64,000 bases of DNA from Candidatus Binatus soli. GTDB lineage: Bacteria; Desulfobacterota; Binatia; Binatales; Binataceae. The notes under the pieces were generated by a model. That model saw only the letters and a list, made by a program, of their open reading frames with translations, was not told the DNA's origin and searched no databases. Below are positions 39,029-50,859 of this stretch, piece after piece; the stretch's first letter is position 1, and the number at the start of each line of letters is the position of its first letter. Where the stretch lies: the NCBI GenBank assembly GCA_002479255.1, contig DLMJ01000005.1, positions 8,664 to 72,663 on the forward strand. The letters are read 5' to 3'. Made by a program: the position numbers and the translations under genes.

Positions 39029-39457
39029 ATGGTACGCATCAAGGAACGCAGTTTTGGACAGGTTATTCGTGAGCGCAGACGGCAACTCAACCTCACTCAA
39101 GAGGAAGTAGCCCTTCGCATCAAAATCTCCACGCCATACGTCGGCCACCTGGAATCAGGCAAACGCCATCCTTCCGATAAGATTGTATCGCGCCTGGCGG
39201 AAGTACTCGGACTCGGTCGCCGTGAACTGTTTTTTCTCGCCAATCCTCGCGCGCAGGCGCTGCTGAGTCCCGAGACCGAGTCCGAGGCCGATTCGGCCTG
39301 GGATGATTTCAAGAAGAACGAGCAACTGCGGCGCGTTCACAACATTGCGGGCGACGAGATGGAGGTTCTTTCGCGAGTGGCGTTACTCGGCGACGTGCGT
39401 TCGGCGCGCGACTTCATCTATATCCTGAACACCGTGCGCCACGCAGTCGGAAGATAG
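39029..39457 (+). CDS. XRE-family (Cro/C1-type) helix-turn-helix transcriptional regulator
   Basis: FGQVIRERRRQLNLTQEEVALRIKISTPYVGHLESGKRHPSDKIVSRLAEVLGL, canonical HTH_3. Preceded by a ~270-bp lower-GC region. Confidence 0.7.
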   Translation: MVRIKERSFGQVIRERRRQLNLTQEEVALRIKISTPYVGHLESGKRHPSDKIVSRLAEVLGLGRRELFFLANPRAQALLSPETESEADSAWDDFKKNEQLRRVHNIAGDEMEVLSRVALLGDVRSARDFIYILNTVRHAVGR

Positions 39458-39602
39458 GAAGTATCCGCAGCGCCGATTCGACCTTAAGCGCAACCGATTC
39501 GTTAAAGACGCGAGAGGAGTGCCTCCCGCGTCTTTTTCTTGCGCGCGCCAAAATCGCCGGTCTGGTCAAGATTGCATCGCACAGCCTAAGCTCCACTGCA
39601 TC

Positions 39603-40895
39603 ATGGGCGAGCCTGCACGTGCGCGCGATACCCCGCCTGGAATTCCGCGATGGCCGCAACGCTATACGGTCGTCGCGCTATTCTTTCTCGGCACCGCGCT
39701 TTGCTACATCGATCGCGTCAGCATCTCGGTCGCGATAATCCCGCTCGCCCGCCAATTCGGCTACAACTCCACCGCGCAGGGGCTCGTGCTGTCGGCGGTG
39801 TTCTGGGGATACCTGTGGACGCAGCTCGTCGGTGGATGGATGGCCGATCGATTCGGCGGCCATCGCGTGCTGGCGGCCGGGGTCGCGATCTGGTCGCTGG
39901 CAACCTTCATTACGCCTTTCGCCGCTGCCGCGGCATTTTCCGCGTTGCTCGCGGCTCGCGTGCTGCTCGGGCTGGGCGAGGGGGTGAACTTTCCATCGAT
40001 TCACAGTCTGACTGCTCGCTGGACGTTGCCGTCCGAGCGCGCGCGCGTGTTATCCGTCAACTATAGTGGGATGTACGTGGGGACAGTCGCGGCGCTCAGT
40101 GCAAGTCCGCTGATCATTACGTCTTTCGGATGGCCCGCACTGTTCTATATTTCGGGCGCGCTCGGCGCGGTGTGGGTCGTAGCCTGGATGTACTTGGCCG
40201 CCGACCGGCCTGAGACGTCATCGCGCATCGGCGCCGCCGAACTCGAACTGATCGTGTCGTTGCGCTCGGCAGCGCCGCGCGCGATCCGGGTGCCGTGGGC
40301 GGCAATCGCGCGCGAGAAAGCGGTATGGGCGATCGTCGTCGCGCATTTTTGCAGCAACTTCGGATTTAACATTCTGCTGCTCTGGCTGCCGACCTATCTG
40401 CATCACAGCTTTGGCGTGCCGCTGGAACGCGTCGGCGGGTATTCGATAATTCCATGGATCGCGACATTCTTCGTGATAACTTTCTCGGGCTGGCTGGCCG
40501 ACGCCCTTATCGGGCGCGGCTTCGGCGTCGGGACGGTACGAAAGTCGATGCAGACCACGGCATTTGCGATCGGTGCGATATCGCTGCTGGTAGTGCCCGC
40601 AGCGGGTTCGCCGGCGATGGCGATTGCGCTGCTCACGGTCGCAGCCTCGGCTAACGGCATCAGTTCCGCGGCCTTCGGGGTGAATCACCTGGACGTCGCC
40701 CCGACCTACGCCGGAATCCTGATGGGAATCTCGAACACCATCGCGACCATCCCCGGTATCATCGGCGTCGCCGCAACGGGCCTGATTGTGCAGGCGACCA
40801 GGTCGTTCAGCGCGGTCTTTTTTCTGATCGCGGCAGTCTATGGCCTCGGAATGTTCTTCTACCTGCGATGGGCCAGCGGCGAGCAGATGATCTGA
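39603..40895 (+). CDS. MFS transporter (anion:cation symporter ACS-like)
   Basis: 12-TM MFS topology with the motif GGWMADRFGGHRV between TM2 and TM3. Confidence 0.8.
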   Translation: MGEPARARDTPPGIPRWPQRYTVVALFFLGTALCYIDRVSISVAIIPLARQFGYNSTAQGLVLSAVFWGYLWTQLVGGWMADRFGGHRVLAAGVAIWSLATFITPFAAAAAFSALLAARVLLGLGEGVNFPSIHSLTARWTLPSERARVLSVNYSGMYVGTVAALSASPLIITSFGWPALFYISGALGAVWVVAWMYLAADRPETSSRIGAAELELIVSLRSAAPRAIRVPWAAIAREKAVWAIVVAHFCSNFGFNILLLWLPTYLHHSFGVPLERVGGYSIIPWIATFFVITFSGWLADALIGRGFGVGTVRKSMQTTAFAIGAISLLVVPAAGSPAMAIALLTVAASANGISSAAFGVNHLDVAPTYAGILMGISNTIATIPGIIGVAATGLIVQATRSFSAVFFLIAAVYGLGMFFYLRWASGEQMI

Positions 40896-40985
40896 AGTCT
40901 CGCGCGACGCGGCGCCGGCTTTCCGGTGGCGCGGTGGCCGGGAGCCGGACTATACCGTGAGCACGAACAGGATCGCGAATAATCG

Positions 40986-42260
40986 ATGAGCCAGCCGGGC
41001 AAACTCTCGCCCTACCGATGGATTATCGAGGTCCTGCTGCTGTTGCTGTTGACCGCGCAGTCGCTCGCCTGGCTCGCGCCCGCACCAATACTCCAGGAAA
41101 TAAGGAACGGGCTCAAAATCTCGCTCGGCGATGCGGGCCTGATCATCTCGATCATCGCGCTATGCATCGGCATCTTCTCGCTTTTGGGCGCTGTGGTCGC
41201 CGAGCGGATCGGCGCGCTGCATGCGCTGGTGATCGGAATCTGGTTGCTGGCGATCGGACAGGTCGCCAGCGGCTACGCGCCTAATTTTGCCGCGCTGCTC
41301 GCCTGCCGCGTGCTGGAGGGGATCGGCTACGGGCTCGTGATCGCGCCGCCCGGAACGCTCACGATGCAATGGTTCGGCGAAGGCGAATGGCCGTACATCA
41401 ATATGATCAACTTCGCCTTCAGCTTCGTCGGACTCACCGCCGTGTTCCGCGCGACACCGGCGCTGTTCGCGGCGGTCGGGTCGTGGCGGATGGTCCTGCT
41501 GTGGTACGGCGTCGGATCGGCGGGCGTCGCGCTGTTGTGGACGCTTTTCGGCCGCGAGCATCGCAGCGGAACCAGCGTGTCCGCACCGGGCGCGATCGAA
41601 GCGCCGGCCGAGCGCGGGTCAGCACTGATGGAAGTCGCGAAGATGCGCAACGTGCTCTTGATCGCGGCCGGGCTGTTCGGCGGGATGTGGGTGTTCCAGA
41701 TTTACACCGCGTTTCTCCCCGAGTTCTTCCGCACCTACCGCGGCATGACGCTCTCGCGAGCCTCGCTGATGACGCAGGTGCTGCCGTTCGCCGGCCTGTT
41801 CGCGGCGTTGGGCGGCGGAATCGGCACCGGGATGTCGGGGCTGCGCAAGCCGTTCACATGGCCGATCGCGTTCACAAACCTGGTCGGATGCGCCGGTGCG
41901 ATTGTGCTGCGCGATCCGATGTGGATCAGGCTCTCGCTGGTGCTGGTCGGGATCGGAGCGGCGGGATCGCTCGCCGCGCTCACAACCCTGCTGATGGAAT
42001 TACCCGGCATGAATCCGACGCGGCTGGGAGCCGCAATCGGCTTCGTTTGGGCGATCGGCTACTTCGGCGCGTTCATCTCGCCCTTTCTGGGCGGCGCGCT
42101 CGCGGCGCGGATCGGACTGCGCACCGTGATGCTTGGCTTTCTGGTCTTCCAATTCCTGCCGATCGTGATGTTTTACCTGCTGCCGGAAACCGGGCCGGGC
42201 CGCACGCGTTATGAAATCGCCGCCGCCTCCGCGGCGCCTCATCCGGCGCCCAAGGCCTAG
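40986..42260 (+). CDS. MFS transporter
   Basis: 424 aa, 12 predicted TM helices with MFS-like loop motif (ERIGALHALVIG). Confidence 0.75.
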   Translation: MSQPGKLSPYRWIIEVLLLLLLTAQSLAWLAPAPILQEIRNGLKISLGDAGLIISIIALCIGIFSLLGAVVAERIGALHALVIGIWLLAIGQVASGYAPNFAALLACRVLEGIGYGLVIAPPGTLTMQWFGEGEWPYINMINFAFSFVGLTAVFRATPALFAAVGSWRMVLLWYGVGSAGVALLWTLFGREHRSGTSVSAPGAIEAPAERGSALMEVAKMRNVLLIAAGLFGGMWVFQIYTAFLPEFFRTYRGMTLSRASLMTQVLPFAGLFAALGGGIGTGMSGLRKPFTWPIAFTNLVGCAGAIVLRDPMWIRLSLVLVGIGAAGSLAALTTLLMELPGMNPTRLGAAIGFVWAIGYFGAFISPFLGGALAARIGLRTVMLGFLVFQFLPIVMFYLLPETGPGRTRYEIAAASAAPHPAPKA

Positions 42261-42313
42261 CAGAGTGTTCAAAAACTGATCTCGATCTTTTTCTTAACAC
42301 TGGCTACCCGTGC

Positions 42314-43168
<855 letters not shown>

Positions 43169-43361
43169 CGTTCCTTCCAGGCCTCGAGATGCGGCGCGAG
43201 TTGACCGGCAACGGCCTCTCGATCAGCCGCGGAAATCCTATCGTCACCTCGGCGGCGATTCCATCGCAGACTGGTTTGCCCTATCTGCGATCATAAATCT
43301 AAGATGGCGGCGGGGACCAGGGAAGAACGAAAGACGAAACTCGCCGGCTTGGGGAGCATCG

Positions 43362-44180
43362 ATGGCGGTTATCGCGATCAGTCAGCAGATAGGCAGCAGG
43401 GGCGTCGAACTCGGCGAACTCGCGGCGCGGGAACTCGGTTATCGGTTCCAGACCGGCGAGCAACTAATCGCCGAGACGGCGAAGCGCTTCAACGTGAGCG
43501 CCGAGCAAGTGAAATGGTTTGACGTACACAACCCCCACTTCTGGGAGCGGAAGACCGAGAGCAGCCGTTTCGCCGCGTACTATCGCGCCGTCTTCCTGCA
43601 AGCGGCCGCGCAAGACCGGATCGTCTTCGCAGGACGCGGTTCGGCGCATTTTCTCCCAGAAGGCGGATGCGGCATCAGGGTGCGTACGATGGCTCCGGTG
43701 GCCGAGCGCATCAAACAGGTGGCGAAAGACGAGAACCTCGCAGTGGTGGCGGCCGACAAGCGCGTTCGCGACTTCGACACGGAAGTGAAAGCGCGCACTC
43801 AGAGTCTGTTCGGGCAGGATATAGACTCCCCCGCGATTTACGACCTGGTTATCAACACCGCGCGCCTTTCGCTGAGATCGCACGCGAAAACTCTTGCGGC
43901 GCTCGCGACTCATATCGACAGTGAGGGCAACCCGGAGCGAACGAAAGTGATGCGCGACGCCGCGATCGCTGCTCTGGTCAATGCGGCATTGGTGGCGCAT
44001 CCGAAAATTCGCGACGCGCAGATGTCAGTCAATTGCTCGGCGGGATGCGTGCGCGTGAGCGGTCCGGGACTGGTGCCGCCGTGGGACGATCTCGTGATCG
44101 GAGTCGCGCAAACCATCGAAGGAGTCGCATCGGTCGAGGTCGGCGCCGAAGAAGACCCTGTAACCTTGACGAACAGCTAG
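43362..44180 (+). CDS. cytidylate-kinase-like family P-loop protein with C-terminal BON-like segment
   Basis: MAVIAISQQIGSRGVELGELAARELGY matches the cytidylate kinase-like family (AAA_28-type) N-terminus. ATG at 43362; the longer ORF from 43092 is an artefact. Confidence 0.6.
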   Translation: MAVIAISQQIGSRGVELGELAARELGYRFQTGEQLIAETAKRFNVSAEQVKWFDVHNPHFWERKTESSRFAAYYRAVFLQAAAQDRIVFAGRGSAHFLPEGGCGIRVRTMAPVAERIKQVAKDENLAVVAADKRVRDFDTEVKARTQSLFGQDIDSPAIYDLVINTARLSLRSHAKTLAALATHIDSEGNPERTKVMRDAAIAALVNAALVAHPKIRDAQMSVNCSAGCVRVSGPGLVPPWDDLVIGVAQTIEGVASVEVGAEEDPVTLTNS

Positions 44181-44280
44181 CTGCTGGTCGCGGATGCTCC
44201 TGCATCTGCGGCCCGCGCACTCGATCGCACTTACCCCGCTGCGGCCTGCCATGCTATCTTGGCGCAATCCGTTTCAGCCG

Positions 44281-44742
44281 ATGCGCTCGCTCATCATCTT
44301 CTTCGCCACTGGATTCTATTCCGGTTACTCTCCGATTGCGCCGGGAACCGCAGGCTCGGTGGTCGGGCTGGCGGTAGTATGGCTGGTTTTCGGCCCGCTC
44401 TGGGAGCATTCCCATCCGCTATGTTTGCTGGTCTTCGCGATCGCGTTTGCGATCGCGTGCTGGATTTCCGATCGCGCCGAGAAAATATTCGATCAGCACG
44501 ACGATTCGCGCATCGTGATCGATGAAGTGCTCGGCATGGTCGCCACGATGTTCGGCAATCCGCTTACGGTCGGCTATATGATCATGGGATTCATTCTGTT
44601 TCGAGTGGCCGACGTGATTAAACCGTGGCCGGCGAACCTGATCGATCGCCGCATGCGCAACGGCGCGGGCGTAATGCTGGATGATTTGGTGGCGGCGATT
44701 TATGCGAATATCGTGCTGCAGGTGATCGTGCGCGTGCTCTGA
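44281..44742 (+). CDS. pgpA: phosphatidylglycerophosphatase A
   Basis: FFATGFYSGYSPIAPGTAGS...RIVIDEVLGM...FRVADVIKPWP, PgpA signature. Confidence 0.75.
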   Translation: MRSLIIFFATGFYSGYSPIAPGTAGSVVGLAVVWLVFGPLWEHSHPLCLLVFAIAFAIACWISDRAEKIFDQHDDSRIVIDEVLGMVATMFGNPLTVGYMIMGFILFRVADVIKPWPANLIDRRMRNGAGVMLDDLVAAIYANIVLQVIVRVL

Positions 44743-44768
44743 ACATACGCGCCCGCGAGGAGCTCCCG

Positions 44769-46052
44769 ATGATTCAAAGCGCTGTGATTCTTTCAACCGG
44801 CGACGAAATCACCAGCGGCAAGGTCGTCGATACCAACGCCAACTACCTTTCCGACAAGCTCTCGGAAATTGGAATCGATCTCGTCGCGGTGATTACGGTC
44901 GGCGACGTTCCCGACCGTCTGGAATGGGCATGGCGCACAGCCATCGCGATGGGCGATGTCGTGATCTCGACCGGCGGCATCGGACCGACCGCCGACGACC
45001 TGACCACCGAAACCGTTGCGCGCGTCGCGGGCGTGAAATTGTGGCGCGACGAGGCCACCGTCGAAAACATGAAGCGCTTGTTTGCGGCGATTGGCCGCCC
45101 AATGCCCGACAACAATCTCAAGCAGGCGCTCTTTCCCGACGGTGCGGCGGTCATCCAGAATCCGCTCGGCACGGCGCCCGGCTTCCGGATGCCGGCAACG
45201 ATCGGCGGCCATACCGCGCATCTGATCGTCCTGCCCGGCGTGCCCCGCGAAATGAAACCGATGATGGAAAATACGCTGATACCGTGGATCTCCGCGAATC
45301 GCGGCACCGACAAAGTTTACGCGGTTCGCGTCTTCCAGACCTTCGGGATGAGCGAGTCGGCGCTCGACGAAGCGGTGGCGGGATTGATCAAACCGGAAGA
45401 GGCCAAGGTCTCGTTCCGCGCGAGCTTCCCGCAGATTTCATTGAAGATCAGAGTCGAGGGACAACCCGGCGAAGTCGATCGCAGGGTCGAAGAGCTGTCC
45501 CGGCGGGTGCGCGAGAAAATCTCGCAGTTCGTTTACGCCGAAGGCGATACCTCGATGGAGGAAGTCGTCGGCCGCTTGTTCATAGAAAAGAAATTTACTC
45601 TGGCGGTCGCCGAATCATGCACCGGCGGGCTGATCGGACATCGCATCACCAACGTTCCCGGCTGCTCGCAATACTTCAAGGGTGACCTCGTCACCTATTC
45701 CAACGACGTGAAGTCCGGCGTGCTCGGCGTTTCCGAGGAGACGCTGAAAACGCACGGCGCCGTGAGCGAAGAATGCGTGCGCGAGATGGCGGCCGGCGTT
45801 CGCAAACGCACGGGCGCGAGCGTGTCGGTCGCGACCTCGGGCATCGCGGGCCCCGACGGCGGCACACCGGACAAGCCGGTCGGCACGGTCTGCATCGCGC
45901 TGTCAGCCGACGATCGGAGCTTCACGCGCCGATACCAGTTCCGCGGCACTCGCGACTGGGTGAAACTGATCACCTCGCAAGTCGCGCTCGACTGGTTGCG
46001 GCGCTACGCGCTGGGTCTGCCGATCGCGGATTCCACGCTGTTCCGCCGCTAA
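44769..46052 (+). CDS. cinA: CinA-family protein (MoCF-biosynthesis-like domain plus nicotinamide-nucleotide amidohydrolase PncC domain)
   Basis: AVILSTGDEITSGKVVDTNANYLS N-terminal MoCF-type domain and C-terminal AESCTGGLIGHRITNVPGCSQYF CinA domain. Confidence 0.85.
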   Translation: MIQSAVILSTGDEITSGKVVDTNANYLSDKLSEIGIDLVAVITVGDVPDRLEWAWRTAIAMGDVVISTGGIGPTADDLTTETVARVAGVKLWRDEATVENMKRLFAAIGRPMPDNNLKQALFPDGAAVIQNPLGTAPGFRMPATIGGHTAHLIVLPGVPREMKPMMENTLIPWISANRGTDKVYAVRVFQTFGMSESALDEAVAGLIKPEEAKVSFRASFPQISLKIRVEGQPGEVDRRVEELSRRVREKISQFVYAEGDTSMEEVVGRLFIEKKFTLAVAESCTGGLIGHRITNVPGCSQYFKGDLVTYSNDVKSGVLGVSEETLKTHGAVSEECVREMAAGVRKRTGASVSVATSGIAGPDGGTPDKPVGTVCIALSADDRSFTRRYQFRGTRDWVKLITSQVALDWLRRYALGLPIADSTLFRR

Positions 46053-46088
46053 CGCGCCCGGTATTGATGGCGCGCGCGCATCTCCATT

Positions 46089-46829
46089 TCAGCTCGCGTG
46101 CTTGACGTCGCCGTTGGCGGCCGCGTTGGCTGCGGCCGTGAAAATATCCATCGGCGCCAGCGGCGGCCGGCGCTTGCGCTTCAAGTCCGCCAGTTCGGCC
46201 TGAGCCTTGGCCTCGGCGTTGCGCTGACGGATCGCCTCGAGCTTGTCGCCGAGTTCGGAGCCGGCGATTTCGTGATTGACGCCCGCCTGCGCGAGCATCC
46301 GCTGAATCGACTCGCGCACTTCTTCGAGCGCGCGAACGTCGTCATCGTAGGAAATCTCCTCGAGCGCACGCTGGATTCGTACCCGCGCCTGCGCGTTCTT
46401 CAGCCGTGCGATCATTCGCACCTTTTCGACCTTGAGCTTCTCGATCTCGCCCTTGAACGCGATCAAATTCTTCTTCGCGTCCTCGGCTTCCGAAGTCAGT
46501 TCGCCGAGTTCTTCGCGCAGCCGCGTGCAATCGCCGTCGAGGATGTGTTTGCGCTGAATCAGAATCAGCGCGCATTGATCCTCGTTCATGTCGGCGGCCT
46601 GCCCCGCTTCTTCGTCGACTTCCGCCATCTCGGCGAGCTTTTCACGCAGCTCGCGCTCGAGCTTGTTGCGCATGTAGATGACGCCGGCCGCCGCGGTCTT
46701 GAGCTGGTGATAGCGCCACACCCGATCCGAGATTGCGGACTCGTACACCGCCTCGGGGTCGCGCGCCTCGCGCGCTTTAATCCAGCGGCTGAACTTGCCT
46801 CCGATCAATTTGAATAATCTTGACAGCAC
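46089..46829 (-). CDS. pspA: PspA/IM30/Vipp1 family protein (phage-shock protein A-like)
   Basis: MLSRLFKLIGGKFSRWIKAREARDPEAVYESAI and extended coiled-coil sequence, typical PspA. Confidence 0.8.
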   Translation of the reverse strand: MLSRLFKLIGGKFSRWIKAREARDPEAVYESAISDRVWRYHQLKTAAAGVIYMRNKLERELREKLAEMAEVDEEAGQAADMNEDQCALILIQRKHILDGDCTRLREELGELTSEAEDAKKNLIAFKGEIEKLKVEKVRMIARLKNAQARVRIQRALEEISYDDDVRALEEVRESIQRMLAQAGVNHEIAGSELGDKLEAIRQRNAEAKAQAELADLKRKRRPPLAPMDIFTAAANAAANGDVKHAS

Positions 46830-46889
46830 TTTCGTTCTCCTTTCGGCGCCGAGCGTGATGCGCTCGCGTAGCCGCCTGTTATTAAAGTT

Positions 46890-47372
46890 TCAGATCCAAC
46901 GTCTGACGCGATTCTTGTAAGCGACGTAATCATTGCCGAAGAGGCGCTCCAGCGTTTCCTCCTCGCGCGGAATTACCATCCGATCGATCACCGCATAGAA
47001 CACCGCCGGCGCCAGCAGCATCGCGATCGAACTGAAGAAGATTGCCAGTCCGAACAACGCGGTCGCGACGCCCAGGTACATGGGGTTTCGCGTCCAGCTG
47101 TACGGCGCCTGCGCGACGAACGCGGTCGGCTCGCCATACGGATTCCTGGTCGTCTCGCGGGCCTGAAAAATCGCGGCCGCGAAGCACGACACTCCCACGC
47201 CGGCCGCAACGACCAGCAGGCCGATCACCTGATACCATCCCACCGTGCGCTCTTCGGGCAGGATGAAGTGCAGCACCAGCGTGCCCAGCACCAGCGCGCC
47301 CGCCAGCAGGGGAGGATAAATCTTCGTCGTCGAGAGCACAGTGCCAGGGGACTCAGGTTCGGTGGAGTTCAT
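46890..47372 (-). CDS. isoprenylcysteine carboxyl methyltransferase (ICMT)/phospholipid methyltransferase family membrane protein
   Basis: 160 aa, 4 TM, RNPMYLG and GNDYVAYKNRVRRWI C-terminal motifs characteristic of ICMT/PEMT-like enzymes. Confidence 0.7.
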   Translation of the reverse strand: MNSTEPESPGTVLSTTKIYPPLLAGALVLGTLVLHFILPEERTVGWYQVIGLLVVAAGVGVSCFAAAIFQARETTRNPYGEPTAFVAQAPYSWTRNPMYLGVATALFGLAIFFSSIAMLLAPAVFYAVIDRMVIPREEETLERLFGNDYVAYKNRVRRWI

Positions 47373-47400
47373 CGCTTACCGTCTCCGTATCTGCGCGAAA

Positions 47401-48855
47401 TCAATTCCCGTCACCCTTGGGCGCAAGCCCGATATCCGCGAGTGTGATCCCGAGTTCGCGCATTTTTTGTTGAAAGCTTTGCCGGTACATCCCGGTTCGT
47501 TCCGCGGCGCGCGAGATATTGCCGCCCGTCGCCCGCAGCGCGCGGATGAAAAAATCGCGTTCCCAATCGCCGACGAATTTTTCTTTCGCCTCGCGAAACG
47601 TCAGCGCCGGGTCGCTGCCTTCGCCGGTCGCAGGTGTGTGATTCGACGCGCCCGGCGCGGGCAGACTGGCGTGGTCGCCATCCGGTTCCGAGCCGGCGAA
47701 AAGATCTTCGGCGGTGATCTCGGCGCCTGACGACAGGATCACCGCCTGTTCGATTGCCGCCTTGAGCGAACGCGCGTTGCCTTTCCACGGCGCCTCGACA
47801 CACGCGCGCATCGCCTCCGCCGTAAGCTGCTTCCGGGGCGCGGAGAAACGTTGGCATGCCTCCGCGATGAAGTGCTGGACCATCAGCGGAACGTCTTCGC
47901 GCCGCTCGCGAATCGGCGGCACCCGAATCTCCACCACCTTCAGGCGGTAGTAGAGATCCTCGCGAAACTTTCCCTGCGCGATCATCGCTTCGAGGTCCTG
48001 ATTGGTCGCCGCGATTATCCGCACGTCCACGCTCAGCGGTTGATTCCCGCCGATCCGCTCGAACCGCTGCTCCTGCAGCACGCGCAGCAATTTGGCCTGC
48101 GTCTCGAGCGCCATGTCGCCGATCTCGTCCAGGAACAATGTGCCGCCGTCGGCGGCTTCGAATTTGCCTTCGCGGCGCGCGACGGCGCCGGTAAACGCGC
48201 CCTTTTCGTGGCCGAACAGCTCGCTCTCGACCAGCTCGCGCGAGAACGCCGCGCAATTGACCGGGATAAACGGCTTGCGCGCGCGCGGACTTCGAAAATG
48301 GATCGCGCGTGCAACCAGCTCCTTGCCGGTGCCGGATTCGCCGCGTATCAAAACCGTGACGTCGGTCGGCGCGACCTTGTCGATCGTCTCGAACACGCGC
48401 ATCATCGTGCGCGATCTCCCGACCATATTCTCGAAAACTCCGGTCTCCAGACGCACCTGTTCGAGCAGTTGGCTATGCGCGCGCTTGAGCAGCTGCGTCT
48501 CCATCACCTTGCGCACTTTCAGGCGCAGCTCGTCGTTGTCGAACGGCTTGGGCAGGTAGTCCTCCGCCCCCGCCTTCATCGCTTCGACTGCGATTCGCTG
48601 CGTGCCGAACGCGGTGATCATCAGCACGGCGCACGCGGGATCGAGTTCGCGGACCTGCTTGAGCAATTCAAGCCCGCTCATTCCCTTCATGCTGAGATCG
48701 GTGATGATCACGTGGAACAGGCCGGCCTTGACCTTCTCGAGCGCTTCCTCGCCCGATTCCGCGGTCTCGACTTCGTAGCCCTCCTTGGTGAAGAGCCCCT
48801 TGAGCGCGATGACGATTCCGCGCTCGTCGTCAACTACCAGCAATCGGCCTTTCAA
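47401..48855 (-). CDS. sigma54-dependent two-component response regulator (NtrC family: REC + AAA+ sigma54-interaction + Fis-type HTH)
   Basis: [10 protein letters not shown] receiver, [15 protein letters not shown] Walker A, GAFTGA sigma54-contact motif, C-terminal HTH. Confidence 0.85.
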   Translation of the reverse strand: MKGRLLVVDDERGIVIALKGLFTKEGYEVETAESGEEALEKVKAGLFHVIITDLSMKGMSGLELLKQVRELDPACAVLMITAFGTQRIAVEAMKAGAEDYLPKPFDNDELRLKVRKVMETQLLKRAHSQLLEQVRLETGVFENMVGRSRTMMRVFETIDKVAPTDVTVLIRGESGTGKELVARAIHFRSPRARKPFIPVNCAAFSRELVESELFGHEKGAFTGAVARREGKFEAADGGTLFLDEIGDMALETQAKLLRVLQEQRFERIGGNQPLSVDVRIIAATNQDLEAMIAQGKFREDLYYRLKVVEIRVPPIRERREDVPLMVQHFIAEACQRFSAPRKQLTAEAMRACVEAPWKGNARSLKAAIEQAVILSSGAEITAEDLFAGSEPDGDHASLPAPGASNHTPATGEGSDPALTFREAKEKFVGDWERDFFIRALRATGGNISRAAERTGMYRQSFQQKMRELGITLADIGLAPKGDGN

Positions 48856-50366
48856 TTGCGCGCCCTCGAGCTCTCGGTGGACGGCGAACCCGATCCCGGC
48901 GGGACGATCGGCGCGTCCACCGCGCCACGACCGTTGTTTCCCGGCGCCGGTTCCACGGCCGTTTCGATCGCCGGCTCGGCGGACGATTCGATCGATGAAT
49001 CGGCGCTGTCGCGCACCGCGTCGCTGAGCGGAATCGCCAGCACGAATTCGGTTCCCTGGCCCACTTTGCTTTGCACCTCGATCGTTCCGCGATGCGCGTC
49101 GATTACTTTTTTCGCGACGCCCAGCCCGAGCCCGGTGCCATTGGTCTTCGACGTGTAGAACGGATTGAAAATCTTGGCGATCTTGTCGTCCGCAATTCCG
49201 CAGCCGTTGTCGCGAATCCTGACCGCGGCCATTCCCGCGCCATTGTTCTGTATCGCGAACTCGAGCCGGCGCTCGCCGCTCGTCGATTCCATCGCGTCGA
49301 TGGCGTTGTCTATGATGTTGGAAAAAACCTGCCGCAGCTTGTCGGCGTCGGCGCGCACGGTCGGACCGCTCAGGTATGCGCGCGACACCGCCACCGAGTT
49401 CGCCTCCAGCTTGCTGCGCATCTGCGTCAGCGCGCCGTCGAGCACCGACGCGAGATTTGCGTTTTCAAACTTGTAGTCTTCTTCTTTCGCGTATTTGAGC
49501 AGATGCGACACGCTGCGCTCGACACGTGCAAGCTCGTCGAGCGCGACCTTCGCGTATTCCACGTTCTCGTGCGAAGTCGGATCCTCGCCCATCTGCTGCA
49601 CCAGGCTCTTCGCCGCCGCGATCGGATTTCGGATTTCGTGGGCAAAGGTCGCGGTCAACTCGTCCAGCGACGCCTGCTTCTCCGTCCGCAGTTGCTCCTT
49701 CTCCTGCAAAACTTCGCGCTGAACTTCGCGTGCGATCGCGGGATCGAAAACCCGCTGATGAACCCATCGCCAGCCGTACACCGCCGCAAAGTGGCTCGCG
49801 ACTCCAAATCCCCAGAAAAGCGCCGGCCACAGGAACCACGGATATCCGCCGAACCCTCCCGTCAGCAGATTGATGATGAACAGGAAGCCGATGACGATGC
49901 CGTACCACATCAGGTGCACGAAGAAACCCGCCTCGGCCTGGGCGCGTTTGTGCGCGCGCTCGTAGGTCTGGCGCTCGGCGTCGTTCTTGAACTGCGGTGG
50001 CGGCGGCAAATCATTGGCGGGATCCAGGCTGACGCCGCCGTATTTCTGCGTCTGCCGATCGAATCGCGCCCGCAGCTTGCGCTCGAATCGCTCGGCCTTG
50101 GCCTCGAACTTGCGCGCCATCTTGGTATCGAAGTCGCGCTTTATTTTGGAATGAAGATCGTTTGCGAAGCGCTCAGCCGACGCCGTCGTCGAAACCTTCG
50201 CGTCTTCCGCCCACTTCGACCAGTCACGGTGCGACCACTTTGACCAGTCGTGCTTCGACCAGTCGTGCTTCGACCAGTCGCCGTATTTCATCCAGCGCAG
50301 ACGGTTCCGCTTTCGATGTTGCACGACGGCGTAAATGATTAACGCTGCTAAAAGGATGCCCCACAT
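48852..50366 (-). CDS. sensor histidine kinase with N-terminal DWSKH repeats and a 2TM-type membrane module
   Basis: H-box [15 protein letters not shown]1/G2 boxes ([24 protein letters not shown]). N-terminal [27 protein letters not shown] repeat and [42 protein letters not shown] 2TM segment. 4-bp overlap with the response regulator gene. Confidence 0.8.
   Translation of the reverse strand: MWGILLAALIIYAVVQHRKRNRLRWMKYGDWSKHDWSKHDWSKWSHRDWSKWAEDAKVSTTASAERFANDLHSKIKRDFDTKMARKFEAKAERFERKLRARFDRQTQKYGGVSLDPANDLPPPPQFKNDAERQTYERAHKRAQAEAGFFVHLMWYGIVIGFLFIINLLTGGFGGYPWFLWPALFWGFGVASHFAAVYGWRWVHQRVFDPAIAREVQREVLQEKEQLRTEKQASLDELTATFAHEIRNPIAAAKSLVQQMGEDPTSHENVEYAKVALDELARVERSVSHLLKYAKEEDYKFENANLASVLDGALTQMRSKLEANSVAVSRAYLSGPTVRADADKLRQVFSNIIDNAIDAMESTSGERRLEFAIQNNGAGMAAVRIRDNGCGIADDKIAKIFNPFYTSKTNGTGLGLGVAKKVIDAHRGTIEVQSKVGQGTEFVLAIPLSDAVRDSADSSIESSAEPAIETAVEPAPGNNGRGAVDAPIVPPGSGSPSTESSRARN
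50217..50285 (-). repeat. 15-nt tandem repeat (cgaccagtcgtgctt x3 plus a degenerate copy) encoding the DWSKH repeats of the histidine kinase
   Basis: Read directly: gaccagtcgtgcttcgaccagtcgtgcttcgaccagtcgccg. Confidence 0.7.
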
Positions 50367-50859
50367 TTTGTCTCACCTGGGGCCGGAAATGCCGGTCCGT
50401 GTAATTGACCTATCGTAGTCGTCAGAACTAACACAATCGATGCCATCTGCCAGTCCTGACCTCTAACTGCAAAGCCGATGCCGACGCACGATTGCGCCAA
50501 AAGCCGAGTATTCGTGCGGATTCCAACGATCGCTCGCGCGTGCGTGACGGCTGAGTGCAGTCGCAACGATGCAGTCTCCACGCTGCATCGCGATCCGCGG
50601 GGGCGCCGACTACGTCGTCGTCGGCAGTCCCATCTGGCGCGCTGCCGAGCCGATCCGCGCCGTGCGCGAGATTACCGACGACATCGAGCGTGGGCTGCGC
50701 AACAGTCCCCGGCGCACGTTTGAAATTCTCAATCCCCGTCCCGTGTAGTCCATCTTCGTTCCGCGTCTGTCTTTCCTATTCGAACCAAACTACGATTGCG
50801 CGAAATGCCCGAGCCAATCATTTGAACTTCAAGTCTGAGCCTGCACTCGGAGCCCGTTC

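Noticed and set aside
47411-48256. 281-aa minus-strand ORF, 435-aa plus-strand ORF (47851-49158), 390-aa plus-strand ORF (49071-50243)
   Set aside because: Overlap the NtrC-family regulator and histidine kinase genes in other frames or strands; no motifs.
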